A stretch of DNA of 64,000 bases, taken from Prochlorococcus sp. AH-716-K03 (lineage in GTDB: Bacteria > Cyanobacteriota > Cyanobacteriia > PCC-6307 > Cyanobiaceae). Positions 63,401 through 64,000 of this stretch are shown here, piece by piece. Both the position numbers and the translations under genes were made by a program. The stretch's first letter is position 1. Each line of letters starts with the position of its first letter. The stretch is from the NCBI GenBank assembly GCA_028408675.1, contig JAOOLH010000001.1, positions 57,975 through 121,974 on the forward strand. The letters run 5' to 3'. The notes beneath the pieces are model-generated. The model did not search any database. It saw only the letters and a program-made list of their open reading frames with translations, and had not been told where the DNA came from.

Positions 63401-64000
63401 GTGGATACAGTTATTAAATTAAGTAGGTCTACTGTTGAGAAATATCTTAGCTGCCCTAGATGTTGTGTTCTTGATAAGAATTATAAAATTAGACCCCCTT
63501 CGTTACCGTTTACTTTAAATATTGCTGTAGACAATTTGTGTAAAAATGAGTTTGATTATTATCGTGATATTCAAGAGCCTCATCCTTTGTTTGTTCAATA
63601 TGGAATAGAAGCTGTTCCTTTTAAACATAAAGATATGGATATCTGGAGAAGTAACTTTAAAGGGATAAGATTTAAATGTCCAAAGCATAATTATGATTTT
63701 GGTGGTGCTGTGGATGATGTCTGGCAAAAAAAGAATGGTGAGCTAATTATTGTTGATGTAAAAGCAACATCAAGAAATAATTTTGATTGGTTTGAAACTT
63801 TTAATAAATACGACTATGCAAAAGCATATAAAAGACAATTAGAAATGTATCAGTGGCTATTTAGAAAGAATGGTTTCAAAGTTTCAGATGAAGCTTATCT
63901 TCTCTATTTCAATGGAAAAAAGAATGAAAAATTTTTTAATAATCAGCTAAAATTTGATGTACATTTAATTAAGTTAAACTGTTCTCCATCATGGGTAGAA
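63401..64000 (+). CDS. PD-(D/E)XK (RecB/Cas4-like) nuclease family protein, truncated by the window end (not in ORF track)
   Basis: Manual translation from GTG 63401: KLSRSTVEKYLSCPRC...GAVDDVW...IIVDVKAT...RQLEMY, open to 64000. Confidence 0.8.
   Translation, partial: MDTVIKLSRSTVEKYLSCPRCCVLDKNYKIRPPSLPFTLNIAVDNLCKNEFDYYRDIQEPHPLFVQYGIEAVPFKHKDMDIWRSNFKGIRFKCPKHNYDFGGAVDDVWQKKNGELIIVDVKATSRNNFDWFETFNKYDYAKAYKRQLEMYQWLFRKNGFKVSDEAYLLYFNGKKNEKFFNNQLKFDVHLIKLNCSPSWVE

Noticed and set aside
63515-63727. Minus-strand 70-aa ORF
   Set aside because: Antisense to the PD-(D/E)XK nuclease ORF.

Overview
This is a very AT-rich marine picocyanobacterial window, almost certainly Prochlorococcus (gene order argG-mraY-sps-uvrA-recN-thrC-[oriC]-dnaN-purL-purF-...-cbiD-guaA). 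Positions 1-48912 are core genome around the replication origin; the thrC-dnaN gap holds tandem DnaA boxes followed by DnaA-trio repeats. From the 3' end of guaA onward lies an accessory island made of five tandem modules, delimited by six copies of the guaA terminal sequence (ATTGAGTGGGAATA and variants; the G of GAG is at 48901, 57228, 58202, 59935, 61941 and 63216). Module 1 (8.3 kb) looks like an autonomous integrative element. It encodes a tyrosine integrase, an HUH-type Rep/relaxase-like protein, two small ribbon-helix-helix-like ORFs missing from the ORF track, a serine resolvase, and carries a recurring TGTAGAGA-N8/9-TCTCTACA palindrome. Modules 2-5 (1-2 kb) have no integrase. Modules 1-4 each carry their own arm-type direct-repeat word at both ends, at nearly fixed distances from the core; module 5 has mismatched ends. 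Cargo is a secreted repeat peptide, a TPR-metalloprotease, a TPR-sulfotransferase, and a Yfr1/Yfr10-like plus Yfr2-like sRNA pair with a CP12-like peptide. This barcoded, integrase-less cassette array at guaA is the best candidate for an undescribed system. All calls were made by eye from motifs; no database searches were run.
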